Below the pieces are notes generated by a model. It was given only the letters and a program-made list of their open reading frames with translations. It searched no databases and was not told the DNA's origin. From positions 144,434 to 208,433 of the IMG/VR virus record IMGVR_UViG_3300012983_000001: 64,000 nucleotides of DNA, one strand, 5' to 3'. The DNA comes from a virus (taxonomy: Duplodnaviria > Caudoviricetes). This document shows positions 47,939 to 57,116 of the stretch, in pieces (positions within the stretch are counted from its first letter, which is position 1; each line of letters starts with the position of its first letter). The position numbers were made by a program, and so were the translations under genes.

Positions 47939-48738
47939 GTGGCACACTACAGAGTTGAGGTTGCTGTGTAAAACCCAACGGTTTAACGGAGCATAAATAT
48001 GCATGTCACTGTATACTACATCCGAGGATTTTGATATCTCTATACATAAAATCCTAGATGTCAGTGCATATATATGCATTTATGCGAACAATCAAAGGAT
48101 TAGTAGCCCCCAGATGTAAGGAATTCTCCTGGAATATATGCCTTCGGCACTGGGTTGGCGTTACGAAGTCCGTGTTGATGAGATGTAATATATAGAATAT
48201 ATTCAGTCTCTCGACGAGGGTGGCTGGCACTCTTATCATGTTTTTATCTTTTCTTGAGGAAAATGTAACATAACATGGCAGAAGCCCCGTTCACTGAATA
48301 GTATAGCTCTCATGAGGAGGATTCTTTGATTCTATTCTCATATAGCTATACTCTTATTCTATATATTTGTCTATATATATGCCTATGGTATGATACGGTT
48401 TTATATATATCATAGGCATTCTATATCTTTCTCTCTATTATTCATTATGGTTTATCCATGATGAGGTTCTTTTATTCTTATCTCTATTCATGATTATTCT
48501 TATCATGATTCTTAGAGATTTATTGCTTTAGTTTTGACAGTATTTGAGGTTTTATTCGTATCTTATCGCTTTAAATAATATACGATGCTTAAATCAAATC
48601 TGTCGGGTATGTTTCCAATTTTGTTGCAAAACCTCTAGGTAGAGCACGGACTATCGTCCGTGGGTGACTCTTTCTTTGAGGCTATTCCATGGGCATGATG
48701 AACCCATGAGATTCTAATTTATGAAAGGATGGTACGCT

Positions 48739-51700
48739 ATGATGAATGGTACTACAAACTACGAAGATTTAAAGGTTGCTGAACTTAAAGACTTATGCCG
48801 TAAGGCTGGCATTAAGGGTTATTCTAAGATGCGTAAGTCTGAACTGATTGATGCTCTTAACAATTCCAAGGAACTGAAGAAAGTCATCCACAATGAGGCT
48901 AAGGACTTTGCCCATACCGAACTGGGAAGAGACTTCAACAAGGCTGTAATGTTCTGGAAGAGAGTGAACAACTTAAAGCGTATGGAGACTGACGATTACT
49001 ATCGTATGATTGATGCGTGGAAGCTCCTGGTTGGTTTACTGGGACTGGTTGATGATGATATTAAGCACATCAACATCACTGACAACTTACAGAAGACTGC
49101 TCAGGCTATCTCCAGCATTTTCTGTGTTAATGAGGTTGATTTCAGCGCTCAGACTGATGAAGAAGCTCGTGACTATATCCTGGAAACATTGAACAGCTTC
49201 AGTTTATCCGTGTTTTCCAAGAAGCTCACTAAGGACAGCGATACAATCATTAAGATGTCCATGGAGCATATTGATTTTACCAAGGATGCTCTGATATTTG
49301 ACAGCCGTGAGGCACGCAAGTTCATCGGTGACGACGCAAAGAACCACAAAGGTGACATGCGTATTGTTGAAACTGCTGAGGATGCTATTACCCGTATGTT
49401 ACAGTCCCGCGAGAAGCCGTTGTCTTCCATCACTGTATTCATGGGACAGACATCCCAGGATGAGGTTGCCATGGCTCAGATTTTGGGCATGAAGCGTCGT
49501 GTATTCTCTGAAGGTTTCACTGATGTGGCTACTGGCAAACACTACATGTTTGCATTCCAGAATCCATCCAGCTGTAGAAAGGCTAACTTCATGTTCGTTG
49601 AAGCTAATAGCTGGGATGAAGTGTTTGCTTTATGGCTGGAAATCACTGGTCTCAAGACATGGAGCGACTTCGAGAAGGCATTCTATGATGAGAACGGCAA
49701 TGTTAACATGGCTAAGTTACTGGCTAGAGTATCTACTAGAGGTTCTAACAGTTTCTCTGTTGACAAGACCGCTCCAGACCTTGCAGATGTTATCCGTAAC
49801 TTCAGACCATACTATTGCAAGGATACCAAAACAGAGGTATTCAAGGACTACAAGACCCTTAAGGGACCAGGTCTCATGGATTTGGTAACTGGTCAGTCCC
49901 GTAAGCTTACCGATGCGGATGGTCAGGGTATTGTATCCTTCCACGCAGCGGCAATCATTGCCGCTGCTCTGTGCCGTATCTCCCGCTATGAGCTGGCTGA
50001 ATTCCAGGATGAATTCGCCAAGGCTAAGAACGATATCCACAATGTCAAGCCAGGTAGCCGTTTGGAATCTATCATCAAGAAGATTCCTGCCGCATTCCAG
50101 ATTCGCCATGGCGAAAAGAAGGGAATGCTTGTACGCTGGAACTTAGAAGCTATCGACACTACTAAGGATTACGATGTAATCATTCCAGACTCCGTCAGAA
50201 AGTTCATCGGTGGCGAATGGTCTGACTATCCGTTAGAGGTATGTAACTTCCTTAAGCCAAAGGGAGACTGGGCATACCTTAATCCGCAGTTCATCAGTGC
50301 ATTAGGCTGGGAAGACCCTAATGCGTTAATTCCTATCGCTAATTACTGGGCTGAATACGAAAGAGAATCCATTGTCAACATGGCAAAGGCTCAGCAGTTC
50401 CACGGCATCATCAAGAGTGTTGATGATGAGGACAACAAGACCAATGCTGGTCATCTCAATGCCGCATTGCGTGTATCCCCAGACTTACTGGATGATTTCC
50501 AGATTCTGAAATGGCGTAAGGAACAGTACAACACATTCAATTCCAACATGACTATCGGCAGAATGATGGTTAGAGGTCAGTATACCTATATGATATTCGA
50601 CCCTGCATACCAGATTAACAAGTACTTCAACCTTGAGCTTCCTTGTCTGGCAAGTGGTGAGTTCTATCACAACGGTAAGGAGTGTAATGCCGCTTTATTC
50701 CGTAGTCCGCTGATTGCTCCGTATGAGGCTAAGAAGGTTACTCTTGTGAACAACGAAGAGTATAAGTATCTTGCTGATACCGTAATCTTTAATGGCTTTG
50801 ATGGTGCCGCAGACGATATGGGAGGCGGCGACCATGACGGGGACACCTGTGAAATTGTAACCGATGACAATTTCTTTGGTAAGATTATCGTTGATGGTGT
50901 GCGTGACATTCCGTATGTTGTATGGGAGAAAGGTCAGGATGCTCAGAAGGTTAAGTTCTCTGTAGCTACACTCATTGAACATCTCACCAATACTGCCGTA
51001 CAGTCCAGAGTTGGCGTTATCACCAACTATGCTACCTGTGCTATGGATATTGCTAATCATCTTGTAGCATCTGTACACTTTGCAAAGAGACTAGGTTGTC
51101 AGTCTATAACCATGCTTCATCCACGCTCCTTTGGCAAGGGCTTAGGCTGGAATTACATTCCAAACAAACAGCCAGATGGCAATAGTGGATACACTTTCTT
51201 GATGAAAGGCTATGTTGAATGCCAGCTTACACGCCAGGGATACAACAAGCATTACACTGATATTAAGTCTCAGAGATTCCATGTGCGTAATGTTGAGCCA
51301 TGCGATGTAATCTTCAGCAATGAGGGTAATATCATCGGCACATATACATTCGAGCAAGTTGAGGATATTGCAAAGTATTTCTTAGGTCTTGTAGAGATTT
51401 TAAGAATCTTACAGGGCAGAGAGATTGACGGTGCAAAGACTGGCGTCTATGCTGAGGGTGTTTCTGGTAAAGATTTCATCGAAGCTGTTAAGGTTGTATT
51501 TGCACCGAAGCACTTACTGACCAGACAGGATACTCTGGAAAGAAGTATCTCCACTGCCGCTATGCTGAATCAGTATACTTCCTTATCTCCTTTGGGTAGA
51601 TTACATGATTACTCTGTTAAGGTTACCGAGGATATCACCGACAAGCTGGCAAATGGTTCCAATAAGATTTTCTTGCTTCAGTCTTTATTGAGCGAGGAAG

Positions 51701-52578
51701 AGGTTACTGCAATTACTAAGACACAGTACATGATGCCTAACAACAAGGTTTCCACTCTTGTTGCTTATCTTACAGAGCGTAAGCAGGCATACAACACCAA
51801 TATGTACAAGCTCAAAGAGCATTACAGCGGTGAGGAATTAACCGATGTGCGTCAGGCTATTAAGGACATTGAGCTTTATGGTACTAAGCTGGATGATGGC
51901 TCCCGTGCAAACGATGGCTTATACAGCCTTGCTGAAGCAATGGGTATTGCTCCAGAGTTAGTTGCTGTTGCTAGTTACATTGCAACATATACCAAGAATA
52001 GCAAACCTTCCGATGGTTTAAGCTATGCATGGTTAATGTTTGATGAGTTACTGTCTGTATTCTCCCGTAACAACAAGAAGTTTGAGTTGTTCCGTCTGCC
52101 TGCATCTGTTGAAAGCGTATGCATCATTGACAAGGCAATGTATGTCAATGGCAACAAGTACATCAACATCAATGCTTATGACCAGGAGAATGTTCCGATT
52201 CAGGTTATCAACGGAAGACCTTATGCATTTGTGCATAAGACCGTTGACAACACTGTTGCACAGCGTAAGGGTAACATTACCATCGGTAATAGATACATCA
52301 TCGGTGTTTATGGTTTCAAATACCATACAGCACAGACTCCTGCTGGTTGGCTGAATACAGTCAACAACAATGGTCTGATGTTTGACATCGTGCTGGTTGA
52401 TGGAAGAGTTGTTACCCGTGTAAACAATGAATCTGTCGGTGCTCTGATGCCTGTTGGTGCAGATTTTGACCTTAACAACGCTAAGGTTCGTGTCATCAAC
52501 GATATCAACAATCCTGTAAAGGAAACCAATGCTAGTCTCACCAACATCATCGTTGAAGTTGTTGGTGAAGCTGACTAA
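48739..52578 (+). CDS. Single-subunit two-barrel RNA polymerase (YonO/QDE-1 RdRP-like family) with N-terminal Rho-N/HeH domain
   Basis: DADGQG, FQIRHGEKKG, LFRSP, catalytic GGGDHDGD (50830-50844), IDGAKTG; N-terminal LKVAELKDLCRKAGIKGYSKMRKSELIDAL; start moved behind GAAAGGATGGT. Confidence 0.88.
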   Translation: MMNGTTNYEDLKVAELKDLCRKAGIKGYSKMRKSELIDALNNSKELKKVIHNEAKDFAHTELGRDFNKAVMFWKRVNNLKRMETDDYYRMIDAWKLLVGLLGLVDDDIKHINITDNLQKTAQAISSIFCVNEVDFSAQTDEEARDYILETLNSFSLSVFSKKLTKDSDTIIKMSMEHIDFTKDALIFDSREARKFIGDDAKNHKGDMRIVETAEDAITRMLQSREKPLSSITVFMGQTSQDEVAMAQILGMKRRVFSEGFTDVATGKHYMFAFQNPSSCRKANFMFVEANSWDEVFALWLEITGLKTWSDFEKAFYDENGNVNMAKLLARVSTRGSNSFSVDKTAPDLADVIRNFRPYYCKDTKTEVFKDYKTLKGPGLMDLVTGQSRKLTDADGQGIVSFHAAAIIAAALCRISRYELAEFQDEFAKAKNDIHNVKPGSRLESIIKKIPAAFQIRHGEKKGMLVRWNLEAIDTTKDYDVIIPDSVRKFIGGEWSDYPLEVCNFLKPKGDWAYLNPQFISALGWEDPNALIPIANYWAEYERESIVNMAKAQQFHGIIKSVDDEDNKTNAGHLNAALRVSPDLLDDFQILKWRKEQYNTFNSNMTIGRMMVRGQYTYMIFDPAYQINKYFNLELPCLASGEFYHNGKECNAALFRSPLIAPYEAKKVTLVNNEEYKYLADTVIFNGFDGAADDMGGGDHDGDTCEIVTDDNFFGKIIVDGVRDIPYVVWEKGQDAQKVKFSVATLIEHLTNTAVQSRVGVITNYATCAMDIANHLVASVHFAKRLGCQSITMLHPRSFGKGLGWNYIPNKQPDGNSGYTFLMKGYVECQLTRQGYNKHYTDIKSQRFHVRNVEPCDVIFSNEGNIIGTYTFEQVEDIAKYFLGLVEILRILQGREIDGAKTGVYAEGVSGKDFIEAVKVVFAPKHLLTRQDTLERSISTAAMLNQYTSLSPLGRLHDYSVKVTEDITDKLANGSNKIFLLQSLLSEEEVTAITKTQYMMPNNKVSTLVAYLTERKQAYNTNMYKLKEHYSGEELTDVRQAIKDIELYGTKLDDGSRANDGLYSLAEAMGIAPELVAVASYIATYTKNSKPSDGLSYAWLMFDELLSVFSRNNKKFELFRLPASVESVCIIDKAMYVNGNKYININAYDQENVPIQVINGRPYAFVHKTVDNTVAQRKGNITIGNRYIIGVYGFKYHTAQTPAGWLNTVNNNGLMFDIVLVDGRVVTRVNNESVGALMPVGADFDLNNAKVRVINDINNPVKETNASLTNIIVEVVGEAD

Positions 52579-52645
52579 CATTGTTATGCTCCCTGTGCGA
52601 CTGTCGTCGCATGGGGAGCTATATTCTCATCTAGGAGGTGTGCAT

Positions 52646-52801
52646 ATGTGGAATGCAATCAAGAAATGGATATTCAGAATGTTCTGTTTCGGCACCAAAG
52701 AGGATGGCGTTACAGATTCGTTTCCTTGTTATTATTGTAAGCATTATGATAAAGAGAATGATGAGTGCAAACTATACAAGGCATTAAAGATAAAGGAGTG
52801 A
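52646..52801 (+). CDS. Small Cys-containing protein (51 aa)
   Basis: RBS AGGAGGTG; CYYCKHY...C. Confidence 0.5.
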   Translation: MWNAIKKWIFRMFCFGTKEDGVTDSFPCYYCKHYDKENDECKLYKALKIKE

Positions 52802-52805
52802 TACT

Positions 52806-53354
52806 ATGAAAATGTGTTTTACTGGGCGCAGACCCAAAGACCTTCATGGGTACAATCATGATTTATATATCCCTATTGTTGATGCAACTAAAGATGCTCT
52901 TCGTAAGCATATTGCCAGCGGTTACACGACATTTGTAACTGGTGGAGCCCAGGGCTTTGACCAGTTAGCTTTCTGGGCAGTAAATGCTTTGAAGCGTGAG
53001 GGATATCAGGTTCAAAACATTGTTTATGTTCCATTTGAGGGACAGGAGAAAGCCTGGAAAGACACAGGCTTATTCTCCAAAGCAGAATATCAGCTGATGT
53101 TAAGACTTGCAGATGAAGTGCGTGTCCTTCGGCACATCAATACTGCTAACAAGCAAGAGGTTGTTGATGCTTTATATGGACGCAATCATGCAATGGTTGA
53201 TGATACTGATGCTACCTTCGGTCTTTATCCAGACTACGGTTGGCAGTTGCCAACCACAAGAGGTGGCACTGCTGAATGTTTGAGATATGCTCATGAGCAT
53301 CACAAATCTATTTTCCAGTTGTCAAATGAAACACTAAGAGGTCAGTGGCTGTAA
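52806..53354 (+). CDS. SLOG-superfamily protein (YspA/DUF1273-like)
   Basis: CFTGRRP, FVTGGAQGFDQ, RNHAMVD, GGTAECLRYA. Confidence 0.8.
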   Translation: MKMCFTGRRPKDLHGYNHDLYIPIVDATKDALRKHIASGYTTFVTGGAQGFDQLAFWAVNALKREGYQVQNIVYVPFEGQEKAWKDTGLFSKAEYQLMLRLADEVRVLRHINTANKQEVVDALYGRNHAMVDDTDATFGLYPDYGWQLPTTRGGTAECLRYAHEHHKSIFQLSNETLRGQWL

Positions 53355-53427
53355 GAGGACGCACGCCTAACGGCGTGCTAGTGGTTAAAGAACCATCCTT
53401 TCTTGCCAAGGGCTTCATCACCCCTAC

Positions 53428-53460
53428 GGGCTGGGCTTACGCCCAGCCCTTTGTTTTTTT
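53428..53460 (+). terminator. Rho-independent terminator
   Basis: GGGCTGGGC-TTAC-GCCCAGCCC followed by TTTGTTTTTTT. Confidence 0.85.
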
Positions 53461-53507
53461 AATCGGCTTCAATTCGACGAGGCTTCTGAACTGAAATGGA
53501 GGGAATC

Positions 53508-53771
53508 ATGAAATACAACACTGCTATTCAATATTACAAATCTATTCCATTACATCTCATTAAACGAAATTATGAGGGCTATAATGCGAAACGCTTTACC
53601 ATTAATCATACTAATCAAAATGTATGGATACCTAATAAGCATTTGTTGGAGGACGGAACTATCAAACCGAATGAAGACCTTGATTATATCTTTCGTAAAG
53701 CGCACAGACAACTTACCCTAGCGGGTATAACACAACCAATTGTCGGTATCAAACGAAGAACGGAGGTATAG
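53508..53771 (+). CDS. Hypothetical protein
   Basis: RBS GGAGG; NVWIPNKHL. Confidence 0.55.
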   Translation: MKYNTAIQYYKSIPLHLIKRNYEGYNAKRFTINHTNQNVWIPNKHLLEDGTIKPNEDLDYIFRKAHRQLTLAGITQPIVGIKRRTEV

Positions 53772-53772
53772 T

Positions 53773-53946
53773 ATGCCAGATACAAGCAGATATTTTGAAA
53801 TAGTAAACGAATTTAATCATAGTGGCTTACCATATAATGGTACTCATGATTTATTAAACTTTGTTCGTGAAAAATATCCGAACGAAGTAGATTATGTATC
53901 GACAATCTATGAAGCTTTAGCTAAAGGAGGTAATCATGAAGATTAA
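53773..53946 (+). CDS. Small hypothetical protein
   Basis: ATG behind GGAGGT. Confidence 0.55.
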   Translation: MPDTSRYFEIVNEFNHSGLPYNGTHDLLNFVREKYPNEVDYVSTIYEALAKGGNHED

Positions 53947-54088
53947 ACCTTTTGTTAGTATTAACTTTTGCTATAAATGCAAATGTCCTGTTCCCAGAAT
54001 AGGATTATCTGTAAGAACTCAGGCTGGCAATGTGTCAGCCACAACTCCGTTTGTTTGTCCTAAATGCAAGAAAAAGAGAAAGAGGTGA
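53936..54088 (+). CDS. Small basic zinc-ribbon protein (50 aa)
   Basis: RBS AAAGGAGGT; CYKC...CPKCKKKRKR; not in the ORF track. Confidence 0.6.
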   Translation: MKIKPFVSINFCYKCKCPVPRIGLSVRTQAGNVSATTPFVCPKCKKKRKR

Positions 54089-54092
54089 TTGT

Positions 54093-54257
54093 ATGGCAAA
54101 AAGTTATTGTCCATGTAATACATGTCAGGGCGGAGACTGTGCAGATTGTCCTACATGTGATATCTGTTATGCACAAACTAATTGTGTTGATGACATACCA
54201 GATAATCATGTTGTTGACTACATTCTTGAAAAGCTGGAGGTATACTCAAATGATTGA
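54093..54257 (+). CDS. Small Cys-rich protein
   Basis: MAKSYCPCNTCQGGDCADCPTCDIC; RBS GAGGTGAT. Confidence 0.55.
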   Translation: MAKSYCPCNTCQGGDCADCPTCDICYAQTNCVDDIPDNHVVDYILEKLEVYSND

Positions 54258-54762
54258 ATTAAGAGGAAATTATAACATCTTTGAGCTTCCTCAACAGCCA
54301 AATCCATTTGCTGTAACAGAAGCTCTTTGTGTTACCACTAACGGCATTGTCAAGAATGACGGACATGCCGTTATGGGTGCTGGCATTGCTTTACAGGCAA
54401 ACAAAATGCTTCATTTATCCGAGAAATTAGGCGGATACCTTAAGCAATATGGCAATCGTGCCTTTAATTTAGGTGTGTATCAGCGTGCTTATGTTAACCA
54501 ACCGTTGGTTCACTTTACTGTTTTTTCGTTCCCAACTAAACATCACTATAAAGAGGATAGTGATATCAATCTTATCTGCCAGTCGGCAGAACAGCTTGTT
54601 GAGATGTGCAACAAATTTGGCATTCACAAATGCTATCTCACACCACCAGGTTGTGGTTGTGGACATCTTAACTGGGAACAAACAGTTAAGCCATGGTTAT
54701 CCATGATACTTGACGACAGATTTATCGTGGTAGATAGCAGGACAAGCTTTAAGTTATGCTAA
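54250..54762 (+). CDS. Macrodomain protein (ADP-ribose binding/hydrolase, DarG/TARG1-like)
   Basis: VTTNG...VMGAGIALQ, FPTKHHY, PPGCGCGHLNW; start MIELRG behind GGAGGT. Confidence 0.75.
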   Translation: MIELRGNYNIFELPQQPNPFAVTEALCVTTNGIVKNDGHAVMGAGIALQANKMLHLSEKLGGYLKQYGNRAFNLGVYQRAYVNQPLVHFTVFSFPTKHHYKEDSDINLICQSAEQLVEMCNKFGIHKCYLTPPGCGCGHLNWEQTVKPWLSMILDDRFIVVDSRTSFKLC

Positions 54763-54940
54763 GCCCATGCCCCTATCGGGGCATGTGTGATAAATTCGTT
54801 TCTTTTTTATAGATTTTCTTTACGAGAAAAGAAAATTAAGGGACTGGTTACTCAATAGCGAGTATTGCAAAGAAAGGAGAAAAACCAGTATGCGAGCAAA
54901 GAGGTGGTAGTGCTCTATTTACTATGGGAGGTATAAAGTT

Positions 54941-55102
54941 ATGGCAAGACCAGAGGTAGCAGTTTGCATGGTAATCGAATACATACTCAGTGCAGGATTG
55001 TACAGTTTTAAATCCTTAACTGAAGATACTCAATCTAAGCTTATTGAGGCTTATGGTGAGGAATTTGAACACAAAGTCAATGCACAGTTGGCTTTAGACT
55101 AA
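54941..55102 (+). CDS. Small hypothetical protein (53 aa)
   Basis: RBS GGAGGT; MARPEVAVCM...; not in the ORF track. Confidence 0.55.
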   Translation: MARPEVAVCMVIEYILSAGLYSFKSLTEDTQSKLIEAYGEEFEHKVNAQLALD

Positions 55103-55119
55103 GAGGAGGTGCATGTCAC

Positions 55120-55590
55120 ATGTCAAGCGTCATCATTGATGTTCTTGACTGTCCTCAATGTGGGTTACCCGCTACGAAAGACCATTACTATGTAGTCGAA
55201 GAGGAGCGGGTTACCTGCCAGTGGTGTGGTTATAACCATTTAAAAACTATCGAGGGGACTATCGTCCATAAAGGATATGGAAGTATCCATTATATCTCCA
55301 AGAATGCAAATGGTTCCAATCAACAATCCGAAAAGATTGTTCGGCTTAACAGTCCGTTAAGTATGATTCAGAGGCACAACACGATTGTTGACATCGAACA
55401 GAACTATGATGTCGAGCAATCTAGTGTTTATGTGTGGAACGATGAAACGAACTCTATCGACTGTTTACTGGGTAAGAAACCACAAACACTTGAAGAGGCA
55501 TATCAAGAGCAAAAGCAAGTAGCGGAGTACTATAGGCAGATTGCCTATGAATCCTCAAATATTCCAGGAGAGGATTGTACTCAATTCTAA
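55120..55590 (+). CDS. Zinc-ribbon protein
   Basis: CPQCG...CQWCGY. Confidence 0.6.
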   Translation: MSSVIIDVLDCPQCGLPATKDHYYVVEEERVTCQWCGYNHLKTIEGTIVHKGYGSIHYISKNANGSNQQSEKIVRLNSPLSMIQRHNTIVDIEQNYDVEQSSVYVWNDETNSIDCLLGKKPQTLEEAYQEQKQVAEYYRQIAYESSNIPGEDCTQF

Positions 55591-55644
55591 TTCACTGGCC
55601 TATCGGCCAGTAAATAGCATGAAATCTAAAAAGGAGGTTTTACT

Positions 55645-56115
55645 ATGCAGAATTCAACTATTCAGGGCGTTGATTGTGTTGTTCGTCCTGTTGGCAGTAA
55701 CGGTGGAAATCTTGACCAGGTATTGCACAGTACCGCAGAGGCATTTAACAATGCAATGAGCGGTTTATCTGAAGAAGTACCGTGTCAGGAAACGGCTAAA
55801 GAGAAAGAGGCGAAAGGCTTCTTGAACCATCTTAAGTCGTACATGCAGTCCGAGGCTTTTAAGAAAGATATCAATGAGACTGCCGTGAAGTACAATGTTC
55901 CGCCGAAGAAACTGGCTCAGAACTTTTTCACCAAGGCTCTGGGAACCGTTGGCGATATCTTAGGTATTGCCATTAGTGCCGTATGCAATGCTGGACACAT
56001 GGTTATCAATATCGCTGGCACGCTGTTACACGGTATCGTTGATTTGATAAGAGGCATCGCTAACGCTCTTGCGAGTGTTGTTACTCTTAATCAGACCAAT
56101 GTATGCCATGCTTAA
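55645..56115 (+). CDS. Hypothetical protein with amphipathic/hydrophobic C-terminus
   Basis: RBS AAGGAGGT. Confidence 0.55.
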   Translation: MQNSTIQGVDCVVRPVGSNGGNLDQVLHSTAEAFNNAMSGLSEEVPCQETAKEKEAKGFLNHLKSYMQSEAFKKDINETAVKYNVPPKKLAQNFFTKALGTVGDILGIAISAVCNAGHMVINIAGTLLHGIVDLIRGIANALASVVTLNQTNVCHA

Positions 56116-56249
56116 TCGCCCCTATCGGGGCGTCAATGAATAGCAATATTCACCTGTTGTGCCTATCGGCACAAACATAGTGTGGCTTAGCCTCTTCCAC
56201 CTTGAACTAGAGGCATAACTATTAACTGTTTTTATAAGGAGGTAATACT

Positions 56250-56996
56250 ATGAACAGAAGCTCTTTTGATTGTCGCACCGTTGCGATTGTGCGTGATTTA
56301 AGAACTGAAGTACACCAGGGTGCAAACGGCACCTATGAAAGCAAGGATATCCTTGTGAGAATCGCTGTTGACCGTGACTATAAGGTTACACGCCAGGAGA
56401 ACGGCAAGACCATCAGCGAATACGCAACCGATTACTGGTTGGCTAAGTTCACAGGTAAGTTGGCTCAGGCATTTGCAGACCACTGCTCTGGCACCAAGGA
56501 GAACGGCAAGTTACAGTCCCGTCATCTCTGGCTTGAGGGTAACTTTGAGAACTACACCAATACCCGTAAGGTAACCAAGCAGATTAACATCGGCGGTCAG
56601 TTGTATGAGGTTGAGTTCGATGTTGAGAACAACTTCAACACCATCTTCGTTGTTAACAGCATGAAGTTCCTTGATAAGAACCCGAATGCTAACAATGCTC
56701 AGCAGAGTTCTGGTAACGGCGTAACATCCATTACTCCTATCGGTACTGTTGCTCAGCCTGTTGCTCAGGCTATGCCTGTTGCAAATGCACAGGTAGCACC
56801 TGCTGTTGCTAATACTGTTCCGCAGTCTATTCCTGTTGTATCCACTCAGGTTGCTCAGCCTGTAGCGCAGGCAGTACCTGTTGTTCAGACTGTTCCTGTA
56901 GCACAGGTTGCACAGTCTGCTGAAGCATTCACCGCAATGCCAGCACCTGTTGTAGACCCGAACTTTGTTCCTGCTGGTGCAACTGCTCCGTTCTAA
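56250..56996 (+). CDS. ssb: Single-stranded DNA-binding protein (divergent)
   Basis: OB-fold cues RIAVDRDY...TDYW..F.GK.A...LEG...Y...VV....FLD; low-complexity linker; C-terminal PF. Confidence 0.7.
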   Translation: MNRSSFDCRTVAIVRDLRTEVHQGANGTYESKDILVRIAVDRDYKVTRQENGKTISEYATDYWLAKFTGKLAQAFADHCSGTKENGKLQSRHLWLEGNFENYTNTRKVTKQINIGGQLYEVEFDVENNFNTIFVVNSMKFLDKNPNANNAQQSSGNGVTSITPIGTVAQPVAQAMPVANAQVAPAVANTVPQSIPVVSTQVAQPVAQAVPVVQTVPVAQVAQSAEAFTAMPAPVVDPNFVPAGATAPF

Positions 56997-57008
56997 GAGC
57001 GTCATCTC

Positions 57009-57054
57009 TATCCCTCTCCCAGTGAGTTTTCGCTGGGAGAGGGATAAACCTTTT
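57009..57054 (+). terminator. Stem-loop/probable terminator after ssb
   Basis: TATCCCTCTCCCAGTGA...TCGCTGGGAGAGGGATA followed by a short T run. Confidence 0.6.
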
Positions 57055-57065
57055 GTAATATCATG

Positions 57066-57094
57066 TTGCACTTCTGTTTCTCTTGAGGTATAAT
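57066..57094 (+). promoter_or_regulatory. sigmaA-type promoter
   Basis: TTGCAC-17-TATAAT. Confidence 0.65.
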
Positions 57095-57116
57095 GTTCTT
57101 GAAAGAGGTGAATATT

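Larger units (their letters stand above)
47752..48720 (+). other. Hairpin-rich non-coding block upstream of the RNA polymerase gene
   Basis: More than 10 consecutive imperfect inverted repeats with G-U pairs favouring the plus strand; no credible ORF. Confidence 0.55.

Noticed and set aside
47824-47945. Resemblance to a Cas9 sgRNA scaffold (GTTTTAGAG...CAAG...TAAAAATAAGG...AAGTGGCAC), suggesting an RNA anti-CRISPR
   Set aside because: Bulge and nexus geometry do not match and there is no full 36-nt repeat. The same bases are explained by two minus-strand TTGACA-AAACCTCTA promoters. A tracrRNA covariance search would settle it.
41688-52578. Viroid-like RNA replicon (ribozymes plus RdRP-like enzyme)
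   Set aside because: All ribozymes are on one strand between ordinary phage genes, and the characterised phage member of this polymerase family (YonO) is DNA-dependent
55594-55617. Second pistol ribozyme (hairpin followed by TAAATAG)
   Set aside because: Four-nt loop with no pseudoknot partner, and no GCGU or P3
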